Below the pieces are notes generated by a model. It was not told the DNA's origin, searched no databases, and worked only from the letters and a program-made list of their open reading frames with translations. From Anaerolineales bacterium (GTDB taxonomy: Bacteria; Chloroflexota; Anaerolineae; Anaerolineales; UBA11858): a stretch of 64,000 nt of DNA. The position numbers and the translations under genes are program-made. How positions within the stretch are numbered: position 1 is the stretch's first letter; the number at the start of each line of letters is the position of its first letter. The stretch lies in NCBI GenBank assembly GCA_034520505.1, contig JAXHNK010000004.1:10203-74202 (forward strand). Reading direction: 5' to 3'. Shown here one piece after another: positions 9,333 to 20,003 of the stretch.

Positions 9333-10679
9333 ATGAACTTAAATGATTCCCAAAATAATCAACCCTGGAACAGACGATTAGCCAAAAACATTCAAGACAT
9401 CCTTCGTTGGCTCCATCCAGGTTTGGGGGTAAAACGCTGGGTGCTGGTTGTTTTTATCGGGACGACCTTTTTAGCTATGGGATTTGCGCTTTTTGTCCTG
9501 GATGTTTACCGGCAATCCCCCGATACCTGGTGGCTGCCCATCCTTTCTGCGGCTTCCCTGCAGACGCTGCCGAGATTAGTCAGGATAATAATTTTCGTCT
9601 TATTAGGGGTGGGAGGATTAAGTGTTGGAATTATCAATATTAATCGCTCCATCCTGGGACCATTTATCAGGCCTGGCAGTCAGGTAGTGGACAGCCTGGA
9701 AAGGCACCGGGCAAAGAAACAAGGACCGAACATTGTGACTGTAGGAGGCGGCCATGGATTAGCGACCCTGCTGCGGGGATTAAAACTGGTGACCAGAAAT
9801 TTGACGGCTGTGGTTTCCGTTGCGGATGATGGAGGATCTTCAGGAAGGATCCGCGAAACATTAGGAATTCTTCCCCCGGGAGATGTCAGGAATTGTCTGG
9901 CTGCGCTGTCTAATGATGAGGAATTGCTAACGCAATTATTTCAATATCGGTTTTCCCAGGGGAACGGCTCTCTTGAAGGCCACTCCTTTGGCAATCTGTT
10001 CATCAGTGTTTTGGCTGATATAACCGGGAGCTTTGAAAACGCGATCGCGGAGTCCGGGCGGGTGTTAGCCGTTTACGGGCGAGTGATACCGTCGACATTA
10101 GAAAATTTGGTGCTGACCGCCGATATTGCTGAAGCCGATTCGGGAAAAACAATCCGGGTTGAAGGTGAAAGCCAGATACCCGAAGTAGAGGGGGTAATTA
10201 AACGAGTCATGCTAAAACCAGAAAAACCCGCGGCCAATCCTCAAGCGATACAGGCTATACTGCAAGCGGATATGATCGTTACCGGTCCGGGAAGTCTGTA
10301 TACCAGCATCCTGCCGAATTTACTTGTGCCGGATATCTCCGCGGCAATGCGTTCAACCCAGGCGCTTAAAGTGTTCGTTTGCAACCTGGCAACTCAAAAA
10401 GGGGAAACCGAAAAGTTTACTTGCGGGGATCATTTGCAGGTGATTGAAAACCATCTCAGAGGTGGATTATTTGATATTGTGGTGGTTAATGATATGCCTC
10501 CGCAGCAGTTCAATTCGCGGGTAAAAGGGGTGGAAATAGATCCGCAGCTGTCTGTAAAATATAATGTTTATGCTGCTGATCTGGTGGATAGAGAATTTCC
10601 CTGGCGCCATGATTCAAGTAGATTAACAGAAGTATTGGTTGATTTATTAGCCGAAAGGACAGGACCTTTAATTATTTGA
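9333..10679 (+). CDS. YvcK/GlmR (CofD-like) gluconeogenesis/UDP-GlcNAc-binding protein with N-terminal TM helices
   Basis: GGGHGL, VADDGGSSG, PPGDVRNCL, GHSFGNL, GPGSLYTS and RHDS motifs. ATG at 9333 preferred over TTG at 9297. Confidence 0.9.
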   Translation: MNLNDSQNNQPWNRRLAKNIQDILRWLHPGLGVKRWVLVVFIGTTFLAMGFALFVLDVYRQSPDTWWLPILSAASLQTLPRLVRIIIFVLLGVGGLSVGIININRSILGPFIRPGSQVVDSLERHRAKKQGPNIVTVGGGHGLATLLRGLKLVTRNLTAVVSVADDGGSSGRIRETLGILPPGDVRNCLAALSNDEELLTQLFQYRFSQGNGSLEGHSFGNLFISVLADITGSFENAIAESGRVLAVYGRVIPSTLENLVLTADIAEADSGKTIRVEGESQIPEVEGVIKRVMLKPEKPAANPQAIQAILQADMIVTGPGSLYTSILPNLLVPDISAAMRSTQALKVFVCNLATQKGETEKFTCGDHLQVIENHLRGGLFDIVVVNDMPPQQFNSRVKGVEIDPQLSVKYNVYAADLVDREFPWRHDSSRLTEVLVDLLAERTGPLII

Positions 10680-10741
10680 AAGAATGTAGTAAACTTAATT
10701 ACAAGAAATAACAATTCCAATAATTTGTTTGGAGGAACTAA

Positions 10742-11761
10742 ATGAAAACGAAAGTAGGGATCAATGGATTTGGACGGATCGGGCGTCAGGTATTAAAAGC
10801 AGTAAAGAAATACCACGGTGATGCGCTGGAGGTAGTAGCAATTAATGACCTCTGGGATGCGGAAACGAATGCCAGATTGTTTAAATATGATTCCAATTAT
10901 GGAATCTATGATGGTGAAGTAATAGTTAAAAATGGCAACCTGGTTATTGACGGCGAGGAAGTAATCGTCCTGGCAGAAAAAGACCCCAGGAAGCTTCCCT
11001 GGGACGAACTGGGTGTGGACATTGTTATTGAGGCGACCGGTGTGTTCAGAGACACAAGCGTTGATCCAGGCCCTCAGTCGCATCTGGAAGCAGGAGCAAA
11101 AAAAGTGATTATTTCCGCTCCTTCTCAAGGGGAGGACTTGACGATTGTGTTAGGGGTGAACGACCAACTTTACGATAATGAAAAGCATGATATTCTATCG
11201 AACGCTTCCTGCACAACGAATTGTCTTGCTCCGCCAGTCAAAATATTAAATGACAAATATGGGATTGTGAAAGGCATGATGACTACAATCCACTCTTACA
11301 CCACCTCCCAAAATATCCTGGATCTGGCTCACAAAAAACCTAGACGGTCCCGGGCCGCCGCGCTTAATATTATCCCCACAACCACCGGGGCAGCCCAAGC
11401 TATCTCAGAGGTAATTCCCGAATTGGACGGAAAATTGGACGGCTATGCTCTCCGGGTGCCAACGCCTACAGTGTCGATTGTGGATCTGGTTGTGGAGTTA
11501 GAACAAGATGTGACTGTGAAGGAAGTCAATGCAGCGATGAAAGAAGCGGCAGAGGGCCCGATGCGGGGCATTCTCGGTTTCACTGATGAACTTCTAGTAT
11601 CGATGGATTACAAAGGTAATCCTCATTCATCCATTGTCGATTCTGAGCTGACCAACGTAATGGGTGGGAACATGGTTAAGATTGTTTCCTGGTATGATAA
11701 TGAATGGGGCTATGCAACAAGGACCGTGGACATGGCCGCCATGATCGCAGATCGGCTGTAA
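10742..11761 (+). CDS. gap: Type I glyceraldehyde-3-phosphate dehydrogenase
   Basis: [22 protein letters not shown] and WYDNEWGY motifs; GGAGG RBS. Confidence 0.98.
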   Translation: MKTKVGINGFGRIGRQVLKAVKKYHGDALEVVAINDLWDAETNARLFKYDSNYGIYDGEVIVKNGNLVIDGEEVIVLAEKDPRKLPWDELGVDIVIEATGVFRDTSVDPGPQSHLEAGAKKVIISAPSQGEDLTIVLGVNDQLYDNEKHDILSNASCTTNCLAPPVKILNDKYGIVKGMMTTIHSYTTSQNILDLAHKKPRRSRAAALNIIPTTTGAAQAISEVIPELDGKLDGYALRVPTPTVSIVDLVVELEQDVTVKEVNAAMKEAAEGPMRGILGFTDELLVSMDYKGNPHSSIVDSELTNVMGGNMVKIVSWYDNEWGYATRTVDMAAMIADRL

Positions 11762-11772
11762 AAAACAGACAT

Positions 11773-11803
11773 AAACCCCCGGGCGCAGTAAACCGGGGGT
11801 TTT
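11773..11803 (+). terminator. Intrinsic terminator-like hairpin between gap and pgk
   Basis: AAACCCCCGG-GCGCAGTAAA-CCGGGGGTTT(T). Confidence 0.75.
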
Positions 11804-11823
11804 GATTTTAATCAGGAGGACAA

Positions 11824-13017
11824 ATGTTCCGGAAGAAAACCATAGAAGACGTTGAAATTAATGGCAAGAAGGTGTTGGTTCGGGTGGATTTTAATGTTCC
11901 CCTGGAAGGGGAGCAAATTGCTGATGACACGCGGATAAGAGCAGCGTTACCAACTATTAATTATCTGTTAGATGGCGGCGCAGGAGTTATTCTAATGTCC
12001 CATCTGGGAAGGCCAGGAGGGAAAACGAAGCGAGAATTTTCTCTGAAACCGGTAGCGGAGTACTTGGATGGAAAGTTGGAAAACAAAGTGACGTTTGTGC
12101 CTGACTGTATGGGTAAAGAGGCTGAATCTTCCTCCGCGGATCTAAAACCTGGAGAAGTGCTTCTGCTGGAAAACACCCGCTTTCATCCCGGAGAAAAAAA
12201 GAATGATCCTAAAATGGCTGAGAAGCTGGCTTCCTTAGGAGAATTATTTGTGAATGATGCTTTTGGAACAGCTCACAGAAGCCATGCTTCCAATGTCGGG
12301 GTCACTAATTTCCTGCCGGCGGTGGCTGGGTTTTTATTGGAAAAAGAAATTATATATTTAGACAAAACGATCAAAAACCCTGAGCGACCATTTGTGGCTG
12401 TCCTGGGGGGCGCAAAAATTAGTGGGAAAATAGGAGTGATTAGCAATCTGCTGAGCAGGGTAGATCAAATCTTGATTGGTGGGGGGATGGCCAACACATT
12501 TTTCAAAGCTAAAGGATATCAGCTAGGCGACTCACTCGTTGAAAATGAAGTCTTGGATACCGCCAAGGATTTATTGAAAAAAGCTGGGGATAAAATAGTT
12601 TTACCCGTGGACGTTGTCATTGCCGACGAGTTCTCCGCAGATGCCCAGAAAAAGACCATTGATACCGGTGATGTCTCCGCCGGCTGGCAAATACTGGATG
12701 TGGGACCAGAAACCATCAAATTGTTCCGGGCCTACCTGGCAGACGCCGGAACGATTGTCTGGAATGGCCCAATGGGAGTCTTTGAATTCCCTGCTTTTGC
12801 TGAAGGGACTTTTAGTATCGCCAGAGCGGTTGCAGATAGCAGCGCTGTCTCCATCATCGGAGGTGGAGATTCTGCTTCTGCAGTCAGCAAAGCAGGGCTA
12901 ACGGAGAAAATTACCCATGTGTCAACCGGAGGGGGAGCCTCACTGCAGATGCTGGAGGGGGAGAACCTGCCAGGGTTAGACGCCCTTGATGATCAAGAGC
13001 AGGGGAAACATAGATGA
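11824..13017 (+). CDS. pgk: Phosphoglycerate kinase
   Basis: [32 protein letters not shown] and HVSTGGGAS motifs. Confidence 0.98.
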   Translation: MFRKKTIEDVEINGKKVLVRVDFNVPLEGEQIADDTRIRAALPTINYLLDGGAGVILMSHLGRPGGKTKREFSLKPVAEYLDGKLENKVTFVPDCMGKEAESSSADLKPGEVLLLENTRFHPGEKKNDPKMAEKLASLGELFVNDAFGTAHRSHASNVGVTNFLPAVAGFLLEKEIIYLDKTIKNPERPFVAVLGGAKISGKIGVISNLLSRVDQILIGGGMANTFFKAKGYQLGDSLVENEVLDTAKDLLKKAGDKIVLPVDVVIADEFSADAQKKTIDTGDVSAGWQILDVGPETIKLFRAYLADAGTIVWNGPMGVFEFPAFAEGTFSIARAVADSSAVSIIGGGDSASAVSKAGLTEKITHVSTGGGASLQMLEGENLPGLDALDDQEQGKHR

Positions 13018-13468
13018 TAGAGCAAACTCAAAAGCATCTAACTTATGAGGATTTCACCCCGGGGGGAGGACGATAACTGAGCATGACGTGATGTTATTTG
13101 CCTGATTGTCTGGAGATTTTAACCCTCTCCATACCGATAAATTATATGCCTGGGAATCTCCTTATCAAAAACGAATAGCACACGGCCTGCTGATCACGTC
13201 AGTAGTCAGCGGTTTGGCAGCCCGGTTGGGATTTTACGAGGGAGCAGCACTGGCCTTGACTTCAGTGAGATGGAAATTTAGAAAACCAGTCTACAAAGAT
13301 GATACAGTTTATGCCAGCTATACTGTCCTCAAGAAGAAGAAAACAGGTAGAGATGAAAATGGATTTGTAAAGTTTGGAATAGAAGTTCAAAACCAGGACG
13401 AAGCAGTTATCCAGACTGGAAGCTGGATATTACTGATCCGGGGCAGAGGAGACAACCAGGGGGAGTGA
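13014..13468 (+). pseudogene. MaoC-family (hotdog-fold) dehydratase, disrupted by a frameshift and an in-frame TGA
   Basis: ATG at 13014 overlaps the pgk stop and reads [20 protein letters not shown] (TAA at 13074). A second frame from 13067 reads RTITEHDVMLFA*LSGDFNPLHTD...RIAHGLL (TGA at 13103-13105). Confidence 0.75.
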
Positions 13469-13498
13469 TCTCTGCTCACCAATATCTGGGGTGGGGTA

Positions 13499-14425
13499 TT
13501 AATCAAGCAGAGCTTTCAAGGCCGGAAAAAGTTCAGGATGGGCAAATGAAAAACCATGTTTCTGAAGTCTTTCGGGATAAACGCGCTGTCCTTCAAGCAC
13601 TACAGAAGAAACTTCGCCAAAAAGTGTGCGCAGGATAAAACCAGGTACGGGAACCAGCGAAGGTCTTCCCAGTACTTTGCCCAGAAGGTGCGCAAAATCG
13701 CGATTTTTTTGAGGTTCCGGGGCTGTCAGATTAAACACACCGGATGCACTGTGATCTGTAAGGAGGAAGTAGATGGCCCGGATGACATCATGGATGTGGA
13801 TCCACGAATACCATTGTTCTCCATTCCCATAGGGCCCACCCAGAAAATAGGTATAGGGGAGGATCATCCGCTGCAGGGCACCTCCCTGCGGATCCAGCAC
13901 AATGCCCAGGCGGCAAACTGCCCGGCGGACCCCCAGATCTTCCACAGGCTTGGTGGAAAGTTCCCAGGCCTCACATACTTCCGGTAAAAAACCAGAACCG
14001 GCGGGCGATCTTTCAGTGAGTTTCTCATCGCTGTGGCCAGAACCGTAATAACCGATGGCGGAAGCTTGAATCAGCACTGCGGGTTTATGCTTTGTTTCCT
14101 TAAGGGTTTGAGTGATAGCCTCACCTACCTGGACTCTGCTCTTGAGGATTGAGCTGCGCCTCTCTGGCGACCAGGGCTGAGGGAAAAACCCTTTTCCGGC
14201 GATGTTCTCTCCAGCAAGGTTGATCACAGCGTCAGCCTTTTCTGCGGCAGCCAGCCAACCGGAAGAAGTTCTGGCGTCCCATTTTATTAACCTGATCGAA
14301 TCCGGGGCTGATATTTCTTGATCTGGAGAGCGGGTCAGGATATCAACATGATGACCCTTCTCAGCCAGGAAATTGCTCAGCTGAGTGCCTATTAAACCCG
14401 ATCCGCCGGCTATAATTATCTTCAT
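13499..14425 (-). CDS. TIGR01777/YfcH-family NAD-dependent epimerase-like oxidoreductase
   Basis: IIIAGGSGLIG, AVINLAGENI, ASAIGYYG and SWIHIHD motifs. Second ATG (14425) follows GGAGG; the ORF extends to 14440. Confidence 0.92.
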   Translation of the reverse strand: MKIIIAGGSGLIGTQLSNFLAEKGHHVDILTRSPDQEISAPDSIRLIKWDARTSSGWLAAAEKADAVINLAGENIAGKGFFPQPWSPERRSSILKSRVQVGEAITQTLKETKHKPAVLIQASAIGYYGSGHSDEKLTERSPAGSGFLPEVCEAWELSTKPVEDLGVRRAVCRLGIVLDPQGGALQRMILPYTYFLGGPYGNGEQWYSWIHIHDVIRAIYFLLTDHSASGVFNLTAPEPQKNRDFAHLLGKVLGRPSLVPVPGFILRTLFGEVSSVVLEGQRVYPERLQKHGFSFAHPELFPALKALLD

Positions 14426-14442
14426 CGGTTTGTCCTCCATGT

Positions 14443-15678
14443 TTAGCAGGATTTTTTATGTTTAGTTTTTAGTCTTTGCAAGCGGTGTTTTAGCTGGGGT
14501 AGAAGAGATTGAGCTTTGTGCTCAGGAAGATTATCGCCGCGGCAAATGTCCAGCGCGGTCAGTGTCCAATGAATTGCTTCCGGTGGAGATGACAGGTGAT
14601 GTTCATAAACCTTGGCTAGCTCGATGGAGGCGTAAATCTCACCGTGGCCAGCAGCCTGCTCCCAGAGAGGAATTGCCCGATCATACAACCTCTTTTTTTT
14701 GTAGATAAAGGAAAGTTCTTTCAATCCTTCCAAAAACAGATTATCCGGGGTGAGCTTAGAACTGATGACTTCTGACAAAATCTCTTCCGCAAAATCAAAT
14801 TTTCCCAAATGTTTGTAGAACTTTCCGATGGGCAACAAATCGGGATGATCCTCAAAACCCGGTTGGAATGGATTAGCAAGACGATGGGATAAAAGATTAA
14901 GCAGGGCAGGCATGGAGACTACGTCCATGTCGTTATGGTAATAAATCTTGGTAAGAGGTGAAGGATCCCCGGTTTGGAGATAGTCAAAAAAGAGATCTGC
15001 AACCTGCCATCCAGGGACATCATCTTCTTTTCTAGTAAATTGCAGCAGAGAATATTCTATGCTGCCCAGGGTGCAGCTTTCCAGCAAGGAACTGTACAGA
15101 CGCCGGGTGAGATGAAGTAGGTCGAGGTGGATGACATCTTCCAGGGGCGGGGGCCACCCGTGGGCACGAAAGCGAGTGTTTAACCGGGGAAGATCGAAAG
15201 CTTTTCCGTTGTAAGAGACTATCACCTGAGCAGGGGCAAGAAAAGCTTCCAGCGCTGCTAATTGGGCGGCTTCTTCGGCTGGGTCGCGCATAAAGTACTG
15301 ATTCAGGCGAAAGGCATTATCCAGGAACCTGCCCGCACCGATCAAAAAAGTATAAGTCCCCGTCCCGCCCGAAAGACCCGTAGTCTCTGTGTCAATAAAG
15401 ATAAATTTATCCAGGGGGACGCCGGATAGACCCTCGTCTCCAACCCAGAGACCGATGGGATCCAGGGGGGACTGGGGATAAATCCTGACTTCACCCTGGG
15501 TGTGATCCAGAGGATAGTCTTGAGAGACAACAAAAGTTTCTCCAAAAGGGGTTGAGAGCCATTTTCCAGGTAAAATATCAACCAGGGTTGGGCTCCCGGG
15601 ATCAGGTTTGGGATATGCTAACTCCGAGGTGCCAAGTTTTACGCCGAGAGCCTGCAATTTTTTAGATAAGGAGTCCAT
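14443..15678 (-). CDS. YprB/MrfB-like RNase H-fold (DEDD) exonuclease with C-terminal TPR-like repeats
   Basis: FIDTETTGLSGGTGT, SYNGKAFD, HLDLLH and YHNDMDV motifs; helical TPR-like tail (ELAKVYEH). Confidence 0.88.
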   Translation of the reverse strand: MDSLSKKLQALGVKLGTSELAYPKPDPGSPTLVDILPGKWLSTPFGETFVVSQDYPLDHTQGEVRIYPQSPLDPIGLWVGDEGLSGVPLDKFIFIDTETTGLSGGTGTYTFLIGAGRFLDNAFRLNQYFMRDPAEEAAQLAALEAFLAPAQVIVSYNGKAFDLPRLNTRFRAHGWPPPLEDVIHLDLLHLTRRLYSSLLESCTLGSIEYSLLQFTRKEDDVPGWQVADLFFDYLQTGDPSPLTKIYYHNDMDVVSMPALLNLLSHRLANPFQPGFEDHPDLLPIGKFYKHLGKFDFAEEILSEVISSKLTPDNLFLEGLKELSFIYKKKRLYDRAIPLWEQAAGHGEIYASIELAKVYEHHLSSPPEAIHWTLTALDICRGDNLPEHKAQSLLPQLKHRLQRLKTKHKKSC

Positions 15679-15785
15679 GGCCTTAATTTTACTATAAAGA
15701 TGATTAGGTCACTCCAAGTGATAGGAATAAGGGATATAATCCCTTGAATCCCGTCTCAGGAAACAAGTTAACCAAGGAGAACAAG

Positions 15786-16556
15786 ATGCAAGGATCAGAT
15801 AGTATTTTCAGCACTTTGCTGTTAATCGCTAGGCCGGCGGCAGGGAAAAGTGAAATAATTGCCTTTTTGAATAAAATCAGCCACCAGACCCGGGAAGAAT
15901 CCTTTCATATGGGAAAAATAGTAGAAATCGATGACTTTCCCATGCTCTGGACGTGGTTTGAAGAAGACCATCTTTTAGAACAGATGGGTAAGCCTAGATT
16001 GCATACGGATGAAGAAGGATATTTCAAGGAAACTTACTTGTGGGACTTGCTGGTGGAGCGGATTTCTTTAGAATATCAGAAATTGCTCAGGGAACAGCCA
16101 GATTTGCATGAAGACACCACGGCGATCATTGAGTTTTCCCGCGGCGAAGAGCATGGCGGATTCCGGCGAGCGTTCCGCCATTTATCTCCGGAGATCCTCG
16201 AAGACCTGGCGGTGATCTACATTGATGTTTCCTGGGAGGAATCGCTGCGAAAAAACAGGAAAAGATTTAATCCTGATCGACCGGGAAGCATCCTGGAGCA
16301 CAGTTTGCCTGAGGAAAAAATGCGCAGATTATACAGAAAGAATGACTGGGACAAGATTGAAAAATCTGAAGGGAAATTTTTAAATATTCAGGGACATCAA
16401 ATTCCCTTTGCTGTTTTCGATAACGAAAATGATTACACCAGCAAAGATGAGCGCATTCTGAGCAGCGAACTGGAAAAAGTGATCCGTAAATTATGGGCGA
16501 TCGTTCAATCCAATAAAAGGGAAAACAAACCCGCGAGCCTTGACGGTGCAGGTTAG
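15786..16556 (+). CDS. Hypothetical P-loop NTPase (kinase-like fold)
   Basis: LLIARPAAGKSE Walker-A-like motif, IIEFSRG and IYIDVSWEES; ATG at 15786 after AAGGAG. Confidence 0.75.
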   Translation: MQGSDSIFSTLLLIARPAAGKSEIIAFLNKISHQTREESFHMGKIVEIDDFPMLWTWFEEDHLLEQMGKPRLHTDEEGYFKETYLWDLLVERISLEYQKLLREQPDLHEDTTAIIEFSRGEEHGGFRRAFRHLSPEILEDLAVIYIDVSWEESLRKNRKRFNPDRPGSILEHSLPEEKMRRLYRKNDWDKIEKSEGKFLNIQGHQIPFAVFDNENDYTSKDERILSSELEKVIRKLWAIVQSNKRENKPASLDGAG

Positions 16557-17705
16557 TTATCGATCAGCAAGGGCATTATTTATACGATCCAACCCTTCTA
16601 ACAGCTGTGCTCTGGGACAGGCAAAATTAAGTCGGATGAACCCCTCCCAGTTATCCCCAAACCATTTCCCGTCGTTAAAGGCAACCCGACCCTTTTCCAG
16701 AAAGAACTCCTGGGGGCTGCTGAGGTCTGTGCCCCGGCAGTCAATCCAGGCGAGAAATGTTCCCTGAGGAGAAAAACACTGAAGCCCGGGAAGTTCCCTG
16801 TCCAGGAAATCAAGAAGTATCAACCGATTCTGGTTCAAATATTCCAATAAACGGTCCAGCCAGAGTGTGCCGTGCGAATAAGCTGCCTGCAGGGCAATCA
16901 AACCTAAAATGTTATTTTTACTCACCAGGCCTTGCTGGGCCTGGTTAAATTTCTTTCTCAGTGCGGGGTTGGTGATCACAGCGGCTGCTGATTTTAATCC
17001 TGCGAGATTGAAGGTTTTGCTGGGAGATATCAGAGTAATGGTCCGGTCAGCAATTTCAGGCCCGAGAGCAGCAAAAGGTATGTGCTTGTGGAGTGGATAG
17101 GTGATGTCGCTGTGGATTTCATCAGAGCAAACGATCAGGTCGCGTTCCAGGCTGGCTTTGGCGACCACTTCTAATTCTTCCCGGCTGAACACCCTCCCGG
17201 TTGGATTTTGAGGATTGCACAGCATAAACAGCCGGGTATTATCTTGAATATCAGCCAGGAATTGATCAGGGTTTAGCCGGAAACGGCCTGAATTATCTCG
17301 GGACAAGGCGGTTGAATGTTGGTCGATCCCAGCATTTTGAGCAACATCAAAAAAAGGACCGTAAGCTGGTTCCTGGATCAGGATCCCATCCCCGGGCCGG
17401 GTTGCAGCGTGAGCAGCCAGATTGAAACCTGTCACAACACTGGGAAGAAAAATAATCTCTTCTGGATCAACCTGCCATTGATGGCGTTTATCCAGCCAAT
17501 TGACGACGGCGTCCTTTGTGGAATTGTTTATTTGAGGGTAGCCGAAAACACCCAGATTAATCCTAGCAGACAGCGCCTCTGTTACCGCCGGAGGAGATAA
17601 AAAGTCCATATCCGCCACCCACATGGGCAGCACATCCGGAGGATATTTTAGCCATTTGACGCTGCCGGTTTCCCGGCGGTTGATGATTAAGTCAAAATTG
17701 TTCAT
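16557..17705 (-). CDS. PatB/MalY-family PLP-dependent cystathionine beta-lyase
   Basis: LPMWVADMDF, LCNPQNPTGR, SDEIHSD, SPSKTFNLAGL and RLNFACP motifs. Confidence 0.93.
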   Translation of the reverse strand: MNNFDLIINRRETGSVKWLKYPPDVLPMWVADMDFLSPPAVTEALSARINLGVFGYPQINNSTKDAVVNWLDKRHQWQVDPEEIIFLPSVVTGFNLAAHAATRPGDGILIQEPAYGPFFDVAQNAGIDQHSTALSRDNSGRFRLNPDQFLADIQDNTRLFMLCNPQNPTGRVFSREELEVVAKASLERDLIVCSDEIHSDITYPLHKHIPFAALGPEIADRTITLISPSKTFNLAGLKSAAAVITNPALRKKFNQAQQGLVSKNNILGLIALQAAYSHGTLWLDRLLEYLNQNRLILLDFLDRELPGLQCFSPQGTFLAWIDCRGTDLSSPQEFFLEKGRVAFNDGKWFGDNWEGFIRLNFACPRAQLLEGLDRINNALADR

Positions 17706-19999
17706 AGGAGGAGGTCCTTGGGGGCGGATAGATAATTTAATCTGTAAGCTTTTGATTCATTGAAGTTAGTGATTAATCTATGTTTGCTGTCTTCCAGGGA
17801 GGCAGCGGCTGTATTATCTCCCGGGAGAACAGCCGCATGGCTGTCTGTAAAATTGAGGATCTTTAGAAAGCCGCGGTTTTCCAGGTAGACTAAACCCTTG
17901 CGGATGGTGGATTCTGATTGAGCCGTTGCCTCGGCTAACCTTTCCAGGTCCAAGGTAGAGTTCCGGTTTGGGGTCAGGGATGGCTTGATTACACCCACCA
18001 GGATTTTGATGAAAGATTCTATTTTAGTCAACGGAGGCTGCTGGGCGAACAAGAAGACAGTGGAGGGGTTTACTTCCTCGACAGCCCGTTTCAGCAATAA
18101 ATGGGAGGGAGGGATTGTCCAGACTATAAGATTTGGAGAGGGTTGAAAGGACTTTCTCCCGAATCCTTGCGGCAGAGGAGGGGGATAGCCTTCTGCCCAG
18201 ATAAAAAGATCCTTGTGTTCGGCGATAATGTCCTCCAAAGCGGCATCAGGGCGGGGCGATTTTCTTAAGTCGATGAATTTAGTCCGGGGCGGAGCGTCAG
18301 GACTTAGGGAGGAGGGATCTTCCAGTTCGCGAAAGTCAGTGAGGGTAAGCTGGAGCTGCCGCTCTCCCCGGAAGGTAGAATCGCTGATGGTAAATGCCAG
18401 ATCAAATCGCCCTGCAGGCAAAGGGAGATCCGAACTGTTCCACCAGAGGACCTCTTGCTGGTTGCTGTCTTTGTCTTCTACGGTGAGTTTCCTGTGTGAA
18501 CGATCTCTGCCAATGGCGACCGCTTTAGCCAGGGTTAAATTCGAACACCACAAGGTGAGGGGAGGGTTTCCGGGGCCAAAGGGAGCCAATCGGGAAATTT
18601 CATCAACAAGATCCAGGGACAGCTCATGCAAACTTAGCTGACCGTCTAGGACAAGTGCCGGTTCGAATTCCAGGTCAGCGATTTGGGCCTGGATTGAGGA
18701 GGAAAGCTGTCTCCGCAGCTCAGGAATATTTTTCGTTGGCAGGTGCATCCCTGCAGCCATCTGATGCCCGCCGAATGTATTCAGGATGGGCGATTGCTCA
18801 GCAACAGCATCGATGATGGATATCCCTTCCAGGGAGCGGGCTGAGCCCCGGGCCTGATCTCCTTCCTCAACAAACAGAAAGGTTGGTTTCTGAAATCGCT
18901 CGACCAGACGGCTGGCTACAATACCTATAACGCCTGGGTGCCATCCGGGATCGGATAATATCAACGCCGAATAATCATTGAGGAGTTCGGGGTGGTTGGT
19001 TAATTTATCCAGGGCAGATTGAAATATCTCATCTGTGAGCTGACGCCTGCGTTTGTTCAAGCTCTCCAGCCGTAAAGCCAGAAGTTTAGCGCGAATGGGG
19101 TCAGCAGTGGTGAGAATTTCTACTCCAGGATTGGCGTCATCAAGCCGGCCCAGGGCATTAAGTCGCGGTCCGATCTGAAAGCCAATATCCTGAGCAGTTA
19201 TTTTTTGAGGATCAAGCTTTATCTGTTCGTAGAGGGCAGATAACCCTGGTCTTTGATCAGACCGCAGTTGTTCCAGTCCCTTTTGCAGCAGATAACGGGT
19301 GTCATCTTTTTGGAGGGCGACGTCCGCCACAACAGCCAGGGCAACCAGGTCCAGATAGGGGGTGGGGTCATTACCCAACCGGGCATAAATCTGTTCAATC
19401 AATTTATAGGCTACTCCCGCGCCGGGAAGTGTGTAAAGCGGATGCTGTTCCGCAAGACGATTGGGATTAATTATCGCCAGAGCTTCTGGCAAGCGCGGTG
19501 GAAGTTCATGATGATCGGTGATAATCACATCTACGCCCTGGCTTACGGCAAACTCTACAGCATCAAATTCTGTAACACCGGTATCGCAGGTAATCAGCAG
19601 ATCGAGGTTATGTTCAAGAAACCGCTGGAGGCCGGGGATGTTGATCCCGTGAGATTCAGTCTCCCGGAGGGGAATATAATAGTAAGTTTTGAGCTCAAGT
19701 TTTTGAAAGGCAGAAAACAGGATAGCTGTAGAGGTTTGGCCATCGACGTCAAAATCCCCCCAGATGCCGACTGTTTCCTGGCGGGAGACAGCGCGGAGTA
19801 CTCTGTCGACGGCTTTGTCCAGGTCAGGAAGATCTGTGGAGGGAGCGGGTTGGTAGTGTTCAGGATGGAGGAACGATCGAGCCTGATCGGGAGTATTGAT
19901 ACCTCTTCTGATCAGAGTATTGGTTACCAGGGGATGACCGGATAGATAGGTCTCAAGTTCCGGCTGAGCTTCTACTGGTTCAGGGTAAATCCATTTCAT
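17702..19999 (-). CDS. recJ: RecJ exonuclease (copy 2, 765 aa) with ~200 aa C-terminal extension ending in a wHTH-like segment
   Basis: WGDFDVDG, TCDTG, TDHH, VADVA, PRLNALGR, GSARS and GGHQMAAG motifs; tail LERLAEATAQSESTIRKGLVYLENRGF. Confidence 0.92.
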   Translation of the reverse strand: MKWIYPEPVEAQPELETYLSGHPLVTNTLIRRGINTPDQARSFLHPEHYQPAPSTDLPDLDKAVDRVLRAVSRQETVGIWGDFDVDGQTSTAILFSAFQKLELKTYYYIPLRETESHGINIPGLQRFLEHNLDLLITCDTGVTEFDAVEFAVSQGVDVIITDHHELPPRLPEALAIINPNRLAEQHPLYTLPGAGVAYKLIEQIYARLGNDPTPYLDLVALAVVADVALQKDDTRYLLQKGLEQLRSDQRPGLSALYEQIKLDPQKITAQDIGFQIGPRLNALGRLDDANPGVEILTTADPIRAKLLALRLESLNKRRRQLTDEIFQSALDKLTNHPELLNDYSALILSDPGWHPGVIGIVASRLVERFQKPTFLFVEEGDQARGSARSLEGISIIDAVAEQSPILNTFGGHQMAAGMHLPTKNIPELRRQLSSSIQAQIADLEFEPALVLDGQLSLHELSLDLVDEISRLAPFGPGNPPLTLWCSNLTLAKAVAIGRDRSHRKLTVEDKDSNQQEVLWWNSSDLPLPAGRFDLAFTISDSTFRGERQLQLTLTDFRELEDPSSLSPDAPPRTKFIDLRKSPRPDAALEDIIAEHKDLFIWAEGYPPPLPQGFGRKSFQPSPNLIVWTIPPSHLLLKRAVEEVNPSTVFLFAQQPPLTKIESFIKILVGVIKPSLTPNRNSTLDLERLAEATAQSESTIRKGLVYLENRGFLKILNFTDSHAAVLPGDNTAAASLEDSKHRLITNFNESKAYRLNYLSAPKDLLL

Positions 20000-20003
20000 A
20001 GTA

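Noticed and set aside
13103-13105. In-frame TGA in MaoC as selenocysteine or recoding
   Set aside because: The position is typically Gly rather than Cys, the gene also has a frameshift, and TGA is used as a normal stop elsewhere in the window.
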